Below are positions 20,925 through 32,441 of a DNA stretch of 64,000 nt, in pieces. Where the stretch lies: contig JAQOWU010000007.1 in the NCBI GenBank assembly GCA_030867685.1, positions 310,001 to 374,000 on the forward strand. Reading direction: 5' to 3'. Under the pieces are notes generated by a model. That model was not told the origin of the DNA and searched no databases. It was given only the letters and a program-made list of their open reading frames with translations. Made by a program: the position numbers and the translations under genes. This DNA is from Wickerhamiella versatilis. Taxonomy: Eukaryota. Within the stretch, counting starts at the first letter, position 1. The number at the start of each line of letters is the position of its first letter.

Positions 20925-22185
20925 TGAGAGCTAAAGACGCGTGTATTTTTTGTGTTATGTACTGATTCCCTATAAGATAAGGATGACACATATCAAGCAA
21001 TCAATGATTCATCACATTCCAGTTTCAGACTTGTGAAGATCTTTTGCTAATATTGCATAACATATTCAGGAATTTCGCCAAATGACAACTTTAGGACCAA
21101 CTGATTATGAGAATTGATTGTGGACTTTTGGTGACTAAGTGCATAGGCGTTACGGGAGCTCATGCACGATAGAGAAAAGCATTACAGAAGATGATAGCCA
21201 GATTGACTTGGGATTAGAGACGAGCAAGACGTTGCTACACATTTGTTTTGTGAAATCCCGCAAAGTACCAAGGCTATGGAGATCCTGATAAGCGCTTTCG
21301 CCAAAACAGAGTGGGCTGTCTTGCATTGTCCGGTTTTGAATCGGCTCTGACGAAAACTGAATACTCCCTTTATGCTCTTATATTGAATTGCACATCATCA
21401 AGCAATTCTAAAACTGAAGATGTCGCCATTAAGCGTGCAATTTGTGTGCCTTCTTTGTGGTCGGGATAGGGGCATGGAACTGGTAACAATCTCCGTCCAA
21501 TGCAACTGAGAAGTACGAGCTCTCAACCTAAAAATATCCGCAAATATTTTATGCTCCCCATGGACTTTTCGCAGAGATATCCGTATTCCTTGATCACGGA
21601 ATTGTGCATATTGTAATGCGCACGGACGCATAATACATAGCAAGTCATTGATTCGACCCACGCTTCGCATGCTCTCCAACAATAACTCAACTATTTTCGT
21701 GCGTTTCCATGATTCACAAAGCAACAACGTTTGATCTAATCTTGGTCGGCAATAAGTGGACCTAGCCTCATGTATTTTATTTTACACAAGTCAGGAAATG
21801 TTGTATACAAAAACCAGTCGGCAAGAAGATCATGACCTTTCGCATCTTAGAATCGTTCAGCTAACCCCATCACAACTAAGTAGGGGTTTTTTTCGTGAAC
21901 CAGACCGCTCTAAGAAACGTAATTGGCTCAGGGGTCGAATAGAAGACCCCTCGACGAGAAGCACTAAATTTGCCACCTCGTTCTCGTTACATAATTGAGC
22001 GAACGAAGGTAACTGGTAGTTTACGGTACCAATTCCAGCTTATACTACGCACTTATGCTACAAATCAGCATGAATTGCTCAGTTCTGGGAAAATTTATAT
22101 AGTTTCATCTTGCTGCCTGTGCCGAATCCGAAATTTAACTACATTTGTGAGGAGGGCTTTTATATGTCATATTTTTTGTAAGACA

Positions 22186-23049
22186 ATGTCAAAGGCGACC
22201 ATGCAAGCTGTGAGGCTGATAGAACCTTTTCTTCCCCACTTTTCTTTAGCCACAAACGCTTGGAGCATATTTCCTTATGCCTGGTTAGCCAATGCGCCAG
22301 GATATAACACCGATTTTCTCCCAGTTTCCGGAGTATCAGCTAACTCGGTAAAGTGGTTCATTGAGGCAACCGATAGACAACCCAATGATCCTGTCATTAT
22401 TTATCTACATGGAGGGGCCTATTCGCTGGGTATCTTTCCCACCATGGCAGCAATGCTCATGGATATTTGGAGGAAGGTCGGAAACCGCAGGCTTTCAATC
22501 TTATGGCTAGATTACACCCTAACGGATAAAGCAAAATTTCCGCAGCAGCTCAAAGAAACAGTTCTTGTTTACGATAAGCTACAGCAATCTTGTGACAATA
22601 TAATCTTGCTTGGAGATTCTGCTGGAGGACATCTGATACTTAATTTGGTGAGGCATAGCAAACATGAGACCGTTGATAATGTCCCCATTCTCGAAGGCAC
22701 TGAAAAGCTGAAAACTGTAATTTTAATAAGTCCTGGAGTTAATATTGAAAGTTGGGGCCAAGGACTTGTACCTGACTCGCAGGTGCGAGGTAGCCCTAGT
22801 CTTAATCCTAATAAGGATAATATTGATTGGGCGTCTATATTACCGCCTAATGTATTTATTTCTTACGGAGAACAAGAATCAAGTAAGGAGACTATCGAGA
22901 ACTGGGTTAAGAAGACTGGTATTCAAGCAGAGATATTCATGGAGCCCAAAGGTAACCACGACAGTCTTGCGATAAGCGCAAGTCGGAGTCAAGTTATGAA
23001 ACCTGTTGTGGGATTCTTAAAAAGGATAATAGGTTCAGATAAGCGTTGA
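22186..23049 (+). CDS. Alpha/beta hydrolase (HSL-like, Say1/steryl acetyl hydrolase family)
   Basis: 'IIYLHGGAY', 'FPQQL', 'LLGDSAGGHL', C-terminal His 'NHD'; ATG at 22186 is the likely start. Confidence 0.85.
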   Translation: MSKATMQAVRLIEPFLPHFSLATNAWSIFPYAWLANAPGYNTDFLPVSGVSANSVKWFIEATDRQPNDPVIIYLHGGAYSLGIFPTMAAMLMDIWRKVGNRRLSILWLDYTLTDKAKFPQQLKETVLVYDKLQQSCDNIILLGDSAGGHLILNLVRHSKHETVDNVPILEGTEKLKTVILISPGVNIESWGQGLVPDSQVRGSPSLNPNKDNIDWASILPPNVFISYGEQESSKETIENWVKKTGIQAEIFMEPKGNHDSLAISASRSQVMKPVVGFLKRIIGSDKR

Positions 23050-23224
23050 ATTAAATCTGTCTTACTGAGTTTTTTTTTCCGTTTTGTGGGATGTTTCCCT
23101 GTTCACGTGACTGTAGAGGAGACCACATGAAGCTCCATCACGCTAAATACGGAATGCATGAAAACTTTACTTAACTTATAACTTTAATTACAATTAACAC
23201 GTCGCATGTAATGCTCCCAACTAT

Positions 23225-24118
23225 ATGCAAAGGGTGATAAATGTATTGGTTTTGATATTATACTTCGGGCAGGTTGCTTCTCACGCAGGATGGCCTCCCA
23301 TCTTCGGCTGGTTACCTTTCAATGAATCTGTTTTTACTAAGACGGCGGGTTCATCAGCACAAGCATATTGCCCTTCATACAATGGACTGGTTATTGGTGA
23401 TCAAGTGATTCTGGCAACCATAGATGATGGGAAGTATGCACAAAGGGTTAATATATACTATTCAGATGAATGCGGAGTGGTTGTTGCTTGGGAAGGGACT
23501 GATTCTTCGAGCCTAGGTTCTCTTCTTCACGACATTGAAGCTGTTCCCGTGCCAGCGAATTCGATCTTTGGTCTTCCCCAAGGTGCAGTTCTCTATGGGG
23601 GATGGCAGGATCAATTCCTAAGGAATTGGCAGAGTGTACAATCGGCACTCCAAGAAGTACTAAGAATAACTAAACAGAACACTGTGATCGTAACTGGCCA
23701 TAGCCAAGGGGGGGCGCTCTGCCAGTTAGCGGCGCTGGCCATCTACCACGCATTTGGTGACATAGTCGATAAAGTGATTGCGTATGCAAGCCCACGGGTA
23801 GGTAATCAGGTCTATGCAAACTACATGTCTTCAGTTTTCTCGTATCGCTACGTAGGAGTCACAAATGGTCAGGACTGGGTTTACGACGTACCGTCGACAG
23901 CGGCCGGTTACGTTCATCCTCCAGGTATGATTTGGATTGAAACCCCGAATTCTGAAGATTACAAGTATTTCCTTGATGCAGAAAGTTTAAAGGACGCAGG
24001 GTATTCTCCACGATACCTTACTTCCAATAACAAGCTTTATTGGGGAGACCACAGTGGAATTTATATGCATACAAAAATATCTGGGTCCAACTGCCCTGTA
24101 GTTATCGGAAATTACTAA
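23225..24118 (+). CDS. Secreted class 3 lipase, SMG1-type mono/diacylglycerol lipase-like
   Basis: Signal peptide; 'VTGHSQGG', 'PRVGN', 'NGQDWV..VP....GYVHP', 'DHSGIY' (Ser-Asp-His triad). Confidence 0.88.
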   Translation: MQRVINVLVLILYFGQVASHAGWPPIFGWLPFNESVFTKTAGSSAQAYCPSYNGLVIGDQVILATIDDGKYAQRVNIYYSDECGVVVAWEGTDSSSLGSLLHDIEAVPVPANSIFGLPQGAVLYGGWQDQFLRNWQSVQSALQEVLRITKQNTVIVTGHSQGGALCQLAALAIYHAFGDIVDKVIAYASPRVGNQVYANYMSSVFSYRYVGVTNGQDWVYDVPSTAAGYVHPPGMIWIETPNSEDYKYFLDAESLKDAGYSPRYLTSNNKLYWGDHSGIYMHTKISGSNCPVVIGNY

Positions 24119-24779
24119 GTTTTGCTTGCCCACCGTTTAGGTTTGGGCATAGTCATAGCTCGACAACGGTTTAGGGTCGCCGATACTGCATCACCGACGT
24201 CGAGATAGTAAGAAGAAAGTAATAAAAGTTTTCGTGAAATGAATATTAAAGAGAGTTAAACTCAAACTGCAAATAATGGCATACATGCTAAATTTTTACT
24301 TGTTGTCACCAAATTCTTGTCCTCGTTTTTTCTTGCCAAACGATTGAGGCCGTTAGATGCATGAACATGCCAGGGTGCATAATTTCAAGCTCCTGTCCGA
24401 TTAATTGACGCTGCCTCTTTTCCGCCTTTGGAAAGCTGCGTATAGACGAGATGGACTTCTGAAACTCAAACCAACGTTTTTTCTTCGTAAATGCGATGAC
24501 TCATCACATCGTTCTTCTAAACGCAACCGTATCCAGATAGAAGGCAATACACTGCACCAGAACTTCAGCTGGCAGTTTCACAAGGGCTCTGGCCAACTAT
24601 ACTAAAATATTTATAACAGGTGGATATTTCTGATAAGAGAAAACATGGTAACCCGTATCGAGATCTTTTTAGTCGGTTCGGTCTGCATCGGAAGGTTAGT
24701 AATTGATCTCCGACCCCAGAAAATAATATATCTAGACGTAAGCCATTTTAGATTGTCATTGTAATTTTTTCCATTTACT

Positions 24780-26600
24780 ATGGGACCAGACAGTATATCC
24801 CCGACATCATCGTCTGGCAACGAGAAAATTGTCAGACAGCTTGAATCTAATAATCGCAACGATATTGCTGATGCTGGTGTTGATGCTGATGCTGATGACG
24901 ATTCTCTTCCCAGTGAAAAGGAAGAGCCCGTCGAGCCGCTCAACAACTATACGGTTGTGCCTGGTAAGCCAGCTCCCCCAATTCCAGGCCCTCAGGAAGA
25001 TTACCTTGTCACTTTCGCAGAGGATGACCCTGAAAGGCCCATTAACTGGCCTACGTGGAAGCGGGTCCTTGCAAAAGCTGTAGCTACCATAAATATCGCC
25101 ATTATCGCCTGGGGCTCTTCAGCTATTTCTCCAGGCCTTGAGTCGGATAATGGTGTAGAGCATCACTTCCATCTTGGTGGAGTACCCGCAACGTTGACGA
25201 TCTCGTTGTACGTATTGGGTTTTGCTTTGGGTCCAATTGTATGGGGTCCAGCCTCAGAGATGTTTGGACGTCAGCCGCCATTGATTATTGGCATGTTTGG
25301 ATATGCTGTATTCGCATTTGCATGCGCAACTGCAAAGGATACCCAAACTCTCATGATTTGCCGATTTTTCATGGGCGCCTTTGGTACCACCGCCCTTGTC
25401 GTCGGTCCAGCAATTAGTGCAGATGTTTTTAATACGGCGGAAAGAGGTAAGGCTATTAGTTTTGTCATTCTTGTGCTGAATTGCGGGCCTATGGTTGCTC
25501 CGGCAATTAATGGCTACATTGCCTTTGACCTGGGCTGGCGATGGACGATGTACATTTCTGCATTCATGGGCTGTGTAGGTCTTATCTTACAAGTATTCGT
25601 CGGAGTGGAGACTTACCCACAAGCCCATCTAAAGTTCAGGGCCGTAAAGTTGCGCCATGAGACCGGAAACTGGGCTATTAGTGCTCCTCTGGAGAACATG
25701 GAATTGGATACAATGAACATTATTGAGCGTACTATTTTGAAGCCGATGAGACTTCTTGCAGTTGAGCCTATCCTATTTCTAATGAGCTTGTACATGGGAT
25801 TTGTTTATTCCATTTTGTACATGCTGTTCGTATCTCTTCCCATTATTTTCGGGGAGCACTATGGTTGGATGGAATTTGAAGGTAATGCGAGAGGTAATAC
25901 ATATTTGCCATTTCTTGCCATGTTCGTCGGGTGCTTTATCATGGTTTGTACTCAACTTTTCGTCCTTGAGAAAATACAGGCCAAAATGCTCGAGCGCACC
26001 GGACTGGAAATATGCCCAGAAACCCGACTTCTCCCCATGATGATAAATGGCTTCTTCCTGCCAATTGGTCTCTTTTTGACGTGTTGGTCTGCAGAGTATA
26101 GAGTACATTGGATTGTTCCCTGTGTCGGTCTTGCCTTTGTTGGCTCTGGCATTATCGGTATTTTCCAAGCCGGTCTAATTTATGTTATTGACACTTATTT
26201 GCTTTTGGCTGCTTCTGCTGTCTCCGCAAATACCTTTTTGCGTTCAGGCATGGCCGCAGCTTTCCCACTCTTTACAGCCGCAATGTTCCACAATCTTGGA
26301 ATTCAATGGGCTGGTACATTGCTAGGTTGCTTGGCTGCCTTGTTGGCACCAGTTCCATTTGTTTTCTATATTTGGGGTGATCGTATTCGCGCGATGTCCA
26401 AGTTTGCTGCAGGCCCTGGTCTTGATCGGGAGGATCTAATGGTTGAGATGACTGCTGATCCCGCATCTCGCATTCCGACAAGTCTTGAAGATGGTGTTGG
26501 AATTGGGGAAATGGCCTCTAGAACCATGTCAAGACCAATGAGTAGAACTATGTCAAGGCCAATGAGCAGAACTATGTCAAGGACTTCAGGTGCTATGTGA
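24780..26600 (+). CDS. MFS drug:H+ antiporter (DHA1, Tpo1-like)
   Basis: 'DDPERPINWP', 'SLYVLGFALGP', 'SEMFGR', 'GWRW', 'ASAVSANTFLRS', 'AAFPLF'. Confidence 0.9.
   Translation: MGPDSISPTSSSGNEKIVRQLESNNRNDIADAGVDADADDDSLPSEKEEPVEPLNNYTVVPGKPAPPIPGPQEDYLVTFAEDDPERPINWPTWKRVLAKAVATINIAIIAWGSSAISPGLESDNGVEHHFHLGGVPATLTISLYVLGFALGPIVWGPASEMFGRQPPLIIGMFGYAVFAFACATAKDTQTLMICRFFMGAFGTTALVVGPAISADVFNTAERGKAISFVILVLNCGPMVAPAINGYIAFDLGWRWTMYISAFMGCVGLILQVFVGVETYPQAHLKFRAVKLRHETGNWAISAPLENMELDTMNIIERTILKPMRLLAVEPILFLMSLYMGFVYSILYMLFVSLPIIFGEHYGWMEFEGNARGNTYLPFLAMFVGCFIMVCTQLFVLEKIQAKMLERTGLEICPETRLLPMMINGFFLPIGLFLTCWSAEYRVHWIVPCVGLAFVGSGIIGIFQAGLIYVIDTYLLLAASAVSANTFLRSGMAAAFPLFTAAMFHNLGIQWAGTLLGCLAALLAPVPFVFYIWGDRIRAMSKFAAGPGLDREDLMVEMTADPASRIPTSLEDGVGIGEMASRTMSRPMSRTMSRPMSRTMSRTSGAM
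26519..26584 (+). repeat. 12-nt-period coding repeat encoding SRTM-SRPM-SRTM-SRPM-SRTM-SRT
   Basis: agaaccatgtca agaccaatgagt agaactatgtca aggccaatgagc agaactatgtca. Confidence 0.8.
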
Positions 26601-26947
26601 TTGAATGACGTTATGAAGATATAAATTTTGTTTACTTAGAGTGCCATAATGACACTCTGGATCTCATCGAGCCTAATATATTCCATTTTTAAATCTTCCT
26701 TGAAGTACCTTTATTGCATACCTAGTTTATTCTAGCTAATACCCGAAACACAAAAATCAGTGATATGATTGAAAAATTTAGTATATACAAGCATCGCGCC
26801 TGGAGGTATGCAATGTAACTACTCAGGAACCATTCAGGGACTACTCAGGAACAAATTGAAACGGCGAGTGTTAGTAATGATACTATTAATCTGGTACCTA
26901 CACCGAGGCTATATATCTAGTTATATCTAGGAAGGAATCTCAGGCGT

Positions 26948-27643
26948 TTATACCAGAGGATGGATTTCGAGAGTGATCTTATTCGTTTTCGGGTCGTATC
27001 CCTTGACAATTACACTCTCAAGACTTTTTATAATAAAATCAGCACCGTGCGCCTTAAGGGTCTCTGGTGTGTTCGTAGTGGTCAGAGCGACAACACGAGC
27101 ACCAGCACCCTTACCAGAGTCAGTACCAGCGGTTGCATCCTCAAATACGAGGAAATCATCCTCGAGGTGGAGTCTCTTCTTGCCCTCAATGTAAGGCTCA
27201 GGATCGGGCTTACCCTTAGACACGTCCTCCGCAGTTATGAACAATTCAGGCTGCGGGAGATGAAGGAAGTTCTTGAACCAGCCTGTGGCAAGTCTCCGAG
27301 TGCCTGAGGTCGCGACACCCCAGTTGTGTGGAGCGTATGTAGCAAGATCGGTAAGCAGTTTGTGAACACCGGGAACTGGCTTAGCGAAGTGGCTCCATTT
27401 CTCAGGGATCAGCCCCTCCAACTCGGAGCACTTCTCCTTGGTAGCATCCTTAGGATTGTACTTCGCGATAATGTCAATTGTTCGGCGACCATGCATGTCG
27501 CTAATGAGATCGTCGGCGTTCAGACCCTCTTGGTCGGCATACCACCGCCAGAAGCTCTTGATTGCCTCTGGTGATGTCAAAAGGGTACCATCAAGGTCAA
27601 AAAGTATACCGCTGGTCGTTACAGTCACTGGTGCTGGAGACAT
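26948..27643 (-). CDS. HAD-family sugar/glycerol phosphatase (Gpp1/Dog1-like)
   Basis: 'LFDLDGTL', 'HGRRT', 'VATSG', 'GKPDPEPY', 'VFEDA..G'; ATG at 27643. Confidence 0.9.
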   Translation of the reverse strand: MSPAPVTVTTSGILFDLDGTLLTSPEAIKSFWRWYADQEGLNADDLISDMHGRRTIDIIAKYNPKDATKEKCSELEGLIPEKWSHFAKPVPGVHKLLTDLATYAPHNWGVATSGTRRLATGWFKNFLHLPQPELFITAEDVSKGKPDPEPYIEGKKRLHLEDDFLVFEDATAGTDSGKGAGARVVALTTTNTPETLKAHGADFIIKSLESVIVKGYDPKTNKITLEIHPLV

Positions 27644-28613
27644 ATTCACAATCTTTTCGGAAAGCAAGTGCTGGTGGTTCCGTTTATATATGCGTTGACA
27701 AATCAATATTTCGCGCGTGCTCGTTACGTCTCGTTAATGACGTAACTAGAATACGTCATATTACACATCCTTTTGGAATTTTAGCACTCATCCTAGTTTT
27801 GCACTATATTTATATTGTCATTCGACTACTTCTTCGAGATCATTATCCCATGACTCATAAGGTTATCTTTGAGCCCGTTTTGAGAGTATTACTAGGAGCC
27901 AGCTGTCAGTTCGCTTAATAATGCATCGGAAGCAAAAAATTATCCTTGAAACATGCTCCCAAGATCGGACGATCTGTGAATAGAGGTACAACGCGACAAG
28001 ATGTGTTTTACAAATTTTATCCGACAGCTTTCCTAAACCATGTGGTGCCCCTAATGAGCGTGGGAACATATGCGACTATTATTATATAATGCGACCCTTA
28101 CAAGACAATGATGTGTGGGTATTCAATCTGTCTCATAAACATTAGGTCCAAACTATTCAATCCTCGAGTTTTTTGTATGAAGTAACGAGGCCGCGAGGTA
28201 TCACCAGGGCGGCCCTGGTAAGTCTTATATTATATATCAGATATTTCTTATCGTGAAAAATAGCGCATGCTTGCTTCCCTTATTGTCACATAAGATCGAT
28301 GGTTACAAGATATGTCATCTCAGGAAATGAAAGGCCCTTTTAAGACTCCGAGTTCTCATTTCATGTTTATTTCGCTTCATTAAGGAAAGGGCGAGCCATA
28401 TTGAACTCTGATACCTAGTCGGTAGATTGAACACCGTGTCCTCTCACAATTAGTAACTTACCGAGAGATTAGACAAGAGAGTTGGTGGCTGCAGGGATAC
28501 TTGCTCTCGCCAAGCTCCCTTGAGGGATAGGAGGTGAATATTAGACGTTGCCGGATAAAGCAGGTTGTGCGTAATCAGCCACTGTAACATTGGGTTTTTT
28601 GTTTTTGCTCGAT

Positions 28614-29042
28614 TTAGGCATTAGGGGCCCATCCAGCCGGTGCCATCTCAAATGTGTCGAACGTGAAGCCAGGGATAACAGTACAAGCTATAAGGACATA
28701 CTCTGACTCGGTTTCGGCAGCTTGCCACTCATGAGGCTGTATCACGGCCTGTGGGACATTTCCATTAGCATAATCCGAGCCCAGAGTCTGTGTAACCACT
28801 GGCCCATCACCGTTCCATTTGTGAAGGTCTAACTTCCCCCCTCCCTGGTGTATCCATATCTCGGTAGCGTCAATCCGATGCCAATGTGACTTCTGACCTT
28901 TGGCTAGAAGGTAAAGAATCATAGATCCCAAACCCCTCGACTTATCATTTGATTCTTCGCGCCATGTCTCTCGATACCATCCACCCTCAGGGTGTTCTGT
29001 CAACTTGAGCTGCTCAATAATTTCCTTTGCCGAGGGGGTCAT
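28614..29042 (-). CDS. Cupin_5/DUF985 family protein
   Basis: 'L.L..HPEGGWYRETWR', 'SHWHRID..E.W', 'WQAA', 'CTV.PGF.F..FEMAP'. Confidence 0.9.
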   Translation of the reverse strand: MTPSAKEIIEQLKLTEHPEGGWYRETWREESNDKSRGLGSMILYLLAKGQKSHWHRIDATEIWIHQGGGKLDLHKWNGDGPVVTQTLGSDYANGNVPQAVIQPHEWQAAETESEYVLIACTVIPGFTFDTFEMAPAGWAPNA

Positions 29043-29521
29043 GTGCTATGATAGTGGCTCGGCTGACAATAATGTTATGTAATGCATTAAATGGCGATCA
29101 ACGGCCGAAGGAAGCCCGGCTACGGTAAAACTATCATATTTATTGCTCCAGCATGCTTTCTAGCTTTTGTGACGGTCAGAAACCAGGAGGTTTTATTTCG
29201 CTGGAGAACACATCTTGACAGATATCCAGAGGTCTTGGCATGAAGCTCCTATCCTAGAGCCGATTATTTCCGTTAGAGGCTCATGGCACTTCCTTGGTTG
29301 GAACATCAATATCAACAATATCAGAGTCCTACGATGACAGGTCCATTGATGTTAGTTCCGACTCAAGATTCGATACGCTCTTCAAATTTTATGACTTTCA
29401 AAGACAAAGCTTTCCAACCACCTATGAATCCATCCCGAATAGCTATGGCAAAAAGTTTAAACATATATCTCTTATTGCCATTACTGTCGTTGTATATAAC
29501 TATATTTAAGTCGTATTTAAT

Positions 29522-30274
29522 TCAGTCTGAATGATGTTTACTAGGAGGTTTCTCAGCTGTTGGCATGAATAGAGGGGGGACGTCAAAGTAACAGTTTTCG
29601 TAATTTGCTATACCAGCCATTGTATTGTAAAACCCAAGTATTCCCGCCACAATTCCAATCCAGCCTCCCGCTAAGGTTAGGTTGTCATTCCCTACTGTGT
29701 ATGAACATGCCAGCATCAAAAAAGTCAAGAATACAGAGAATATCAACGAGAAAAAGGGCCATGTCGATCTGATCGTTGCAAGCGTCAATAAAAATGAAAA
29801 TATACACCAGCACCATAATAGCATAGCTATAGCCTGGTTCAAATCCTCTGCGCTATAACCTTTTGTCACGCCGAATGCTCCTGTGTTTATTATTGCATAC
29901 GAAAACCAGAAGGCACCATAAGACCCAAGCGCCTGGGCAGCAAAGGTATTTTCTAAAGCAAGCCCCCACATCCCAGCAAGAAACTGGATAAGACCACCAA
30001 AATAGCAAACAGGGAATACTATTGCAGGGTTCGTTACGCTACGCACCCTTACATTCATCATCGACAGCAGAAGAACGCTTATGCTGAAACCCGCAAGTCC
30101 CATCGGTACTGGATTTCCCAGCTTTCTTGTAGGTGCCAGGGCTATCCCTGTACGAAACTCACCACCAAAAGCTCCTAAAAGTTCCGAACGTAGATATTTG
30201 TTGTTCCCAATATGTACGTATTCATCATTGTCACCAGACGTCGTAATGCGTTGTAATTCTGCTGTTGAGGACAT
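29522..30274 (-). CDS. Acetate/ammonia transporter, Gpr1/Fun34/YaaH (Ato/Ady2) family
   Basis: 'AFGG', 'LGNPVPMGLAGF', 'GGLIQFLAG.W', 'ENTF', 'SYGAFW'. Confidence 0.92.
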   Translation of the reverse strand: MSSTAELQRITTSGDNDEYVHIGNNKYLRSELLGAFGGEFRTGIALAPTRKLGNPVPMGLAGFSISVLLLSMMNVRVRSVTNPAIVFPVCYFGGLIQFLAGMWGLALENTFAAQALGSYGAFWFSYAIINTGAFGVTKGYSAEDLNQAIAMLLWCWCIFSFLLTLATIRSTWPFFSLIFSVFLTFLMLACSYTVGNDNLTLAGGWIGIVAGILGFYNTMAGIANYENCYFDVPPLFMPTAEKPPSKHHSD

Positions 30275-30675
30275 TTCACCTTGCAGAAAATTTTTATAAA
30301 TACGTTAAGAACTTTTCTATTCCTTATGTCTCTGTTACGATTATACGGTCGACCGGGGGTTGCTGACTCATGCGCAGATCGACTACCCCGCAGAGCTATA
30401 TTCAGATCGCTTAGCTGTAGCTAGAGGAAATTACAGTATCGGCCTAACACAGCAATCCACAGGGTATTTTTTTTCTCTCTGCTTTCGCTGTATTTTATAC
30501 CTCTTATTGTCGGCAAAAGAAATAAATTCTGTTGCGGGGTCCTATGATCCTTTGATAACGAACAGATTATTATTCAATTTCTCCAACTAGTAACAAAAAG
30601 TGATACGCTTTAATCTAAGTCTAAAAGTGATTTTTCAGTCCAGAAGAGGACAAATTATCTGCGCAGTGGAGCAAG

Positions 30676-31413
30676 TTATACACGAGTGAGCTCGCGAAAC
30701 GCAAACATATCCTTAAATTCACAAAAATATGCTGCGGGAAACACCACCTCACCGACTTTTGCTAAGATGTTATGTGCCCATCTGTTACGAGCCTCATCCA
30801 TTTCTGCAACTTCGTCCTCGCTCATGCTCTGCCAAAAGTAAGCCAATGTCATATGGAATATATTTGAATTGTTTCCTGTTTTTTCCATGCCAAATAGGCT
30901 TCCCAGCTCTTCTCTAAGCTGGCTACAGCACTTACGAGTGTTTTCATCAGCCGGAACCAATAATAGCTTAACAGTGTGGTCATATGCACAGCTTTGGTCC
31001 TCTTTAGGTATAAAAACCAGGTTTTCTAAGGGCAAGGATTTCCTTTGGTGTATCAGCTCCAGGAATCGTGAAGTGACTTTCTCAAACGCAGCATCGCGAG
31101 GAATCCCGGCGGGCCAACACTTTTCCTTGTTCCGGTCCTGGTCATTTGCCCCTTGGAGAAGAGTTATATGGTAGCCAGAGGTAGGTATGTAAGTTAACTT
31201 CTTGGCCCATGGGTAACGAGCCATGTCGCGGTAACAGTCTAGAAATGCATCAAATGTATCAAATGCTTTGCCGTTCTGAGGCAAAGGGGCTATAACCGTA
31301 TTGCCCAGAAAAGGACGTACCACGCCTTTATTATCAAATTTCTTGGCAGGTACGCCATTATTACTGGAGGGGTTCGCAGATGATTGTGCTTTCAGCTCAC
31401 TTTCTGCTGTCAT
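30676..31413 (-). CDS. DUF1868 family 2H-phosphoesterase-like protein
   Basis: 'KFD..G....F.GNTVI', two HxT motifs ('YHITL', 'FHMTLAY'), C-terminal 'F.DM..F'. Confidence 0.8.
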   Translation of the reverse strand: MTAESELKAQSSANPSSNNGVPAKKFDNKGVVRPFLGNTVIAPLPQNGKAFDTFDAFLDCYRDMARYPWAKKLTYIPTSGYHITLLQGANDQDRNKEKCWPAGIPRDAAFEKVTSRFLELIHQRKSLPLENLVFIPKEDQSCAYDHTVKLLLVPADENTRKCCSQLREELGSLFGMEKTGNNSNIFHMTLAYFWQSMSEDEVAEMDEARNRWAHNILAKVGEVVFPAAYFCEFKDMFAFRELTRV

Positions 31414-31809
31414 GATAGCGAAATATTATGTAATTTCGCCAGAGACTAACTGAGAGCTCGCAATGCTAGCAATAAAGCCAAATATTCGCGTTATTCTCTC
31501 ACAAAAATTTCATGCAGCGAGGTGCTCGAACTAGCATTGCGATTACGATCTGGTTTCAAGATACTTTAATGTTAATCTACAACCCTCTGCAGTGCATCAT
31601 CGTATAGAATGCCCCCCAGGTTTTAGAATACTTTTGCAACACGATATTGTGAAAATTTACGGAAAACTTAAATTAGATGTATATATTTCATCACAAAAGT
31701 AAGCTGCTACATAGCACGCGAGCATGGCATTACACAAGTGAATACACGAAATCAAGAATAAATTCCTACCTGGAAACCTATTTCACATCCGTCTAAAACA
31801 TCTTCTGAG

Positions 31810-32160
31810 TTCACTTGGCCTCTCTGTTGCATCTCTTGTCGGTAGAATCAACCATAGAAGTTAGTTTTCCCAATATAAAGGAATATCAGAGTTCGCCAAT
31901 TCTCCATTATAGCACTATTTAATGGAATCGAAACCGATAGTATCAGCCTTAAAGTTTTAGGATGATTTTGTGAACTATTTACAACGCCATATTAAGTTGA
32001 GCACGTAAGGACTATGGACAATTCTCTATTTGGATTCGGGTTTCTACCATGCACTGCTCGTGACCATTCCGATAACGTACAGTGATATGCTTGAAATGGA
32101 AAGCCTACTTCAGCGCATATAACTCACTTGATTAGACTATTAAGGGTTGTTTTTTCTGGG
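31810..32160 (+). mobile_element. Highly degenerate pogo/Fot1-like DDE transposase relic
   Basis: Broken frames read 'DDFVNYLQRHIKLST*GLWTILYLDSGFYH' then 'SAHITHLIRLLRVVFS', resembling the DDE_1 motifs 'WL.HF...RLLILDGH.SH' and 'PAHTSHLLQPLDV.VF' in the right order. Confidence 0.4.
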
Positions 32161-32441
32161 AATCGGGATAAATACCGAGACATACATATGGGTAAGTGAA
32201 TAATAAACTTAATGAATTAGTGGCTATCAGGTAAAAAGGCCGGGGTAGTGATAAATTTATCACCTCTTCTCCACCTGCAACACATATTGTTAGCAGACGG
32301 AGTGAAGCTTATGCTCGTCATGCTTCATTAACTCTCCCATTTACGAAGATATCGAACCTAGTGCCCATAAAGCTCCAGTGACATCTTTTTTTAATCCCTC
32401 CTTGCCCATTTTCATCACCATAGCGTTGATTAGGGTGCAAG

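Noticed and set aside
20950-22150. Short ORFs and the long N-terminal extension of the 21970 ORF
   Set aside because: Non-ATG starts and no family similarity; ATG 22186 is the more plausible start.
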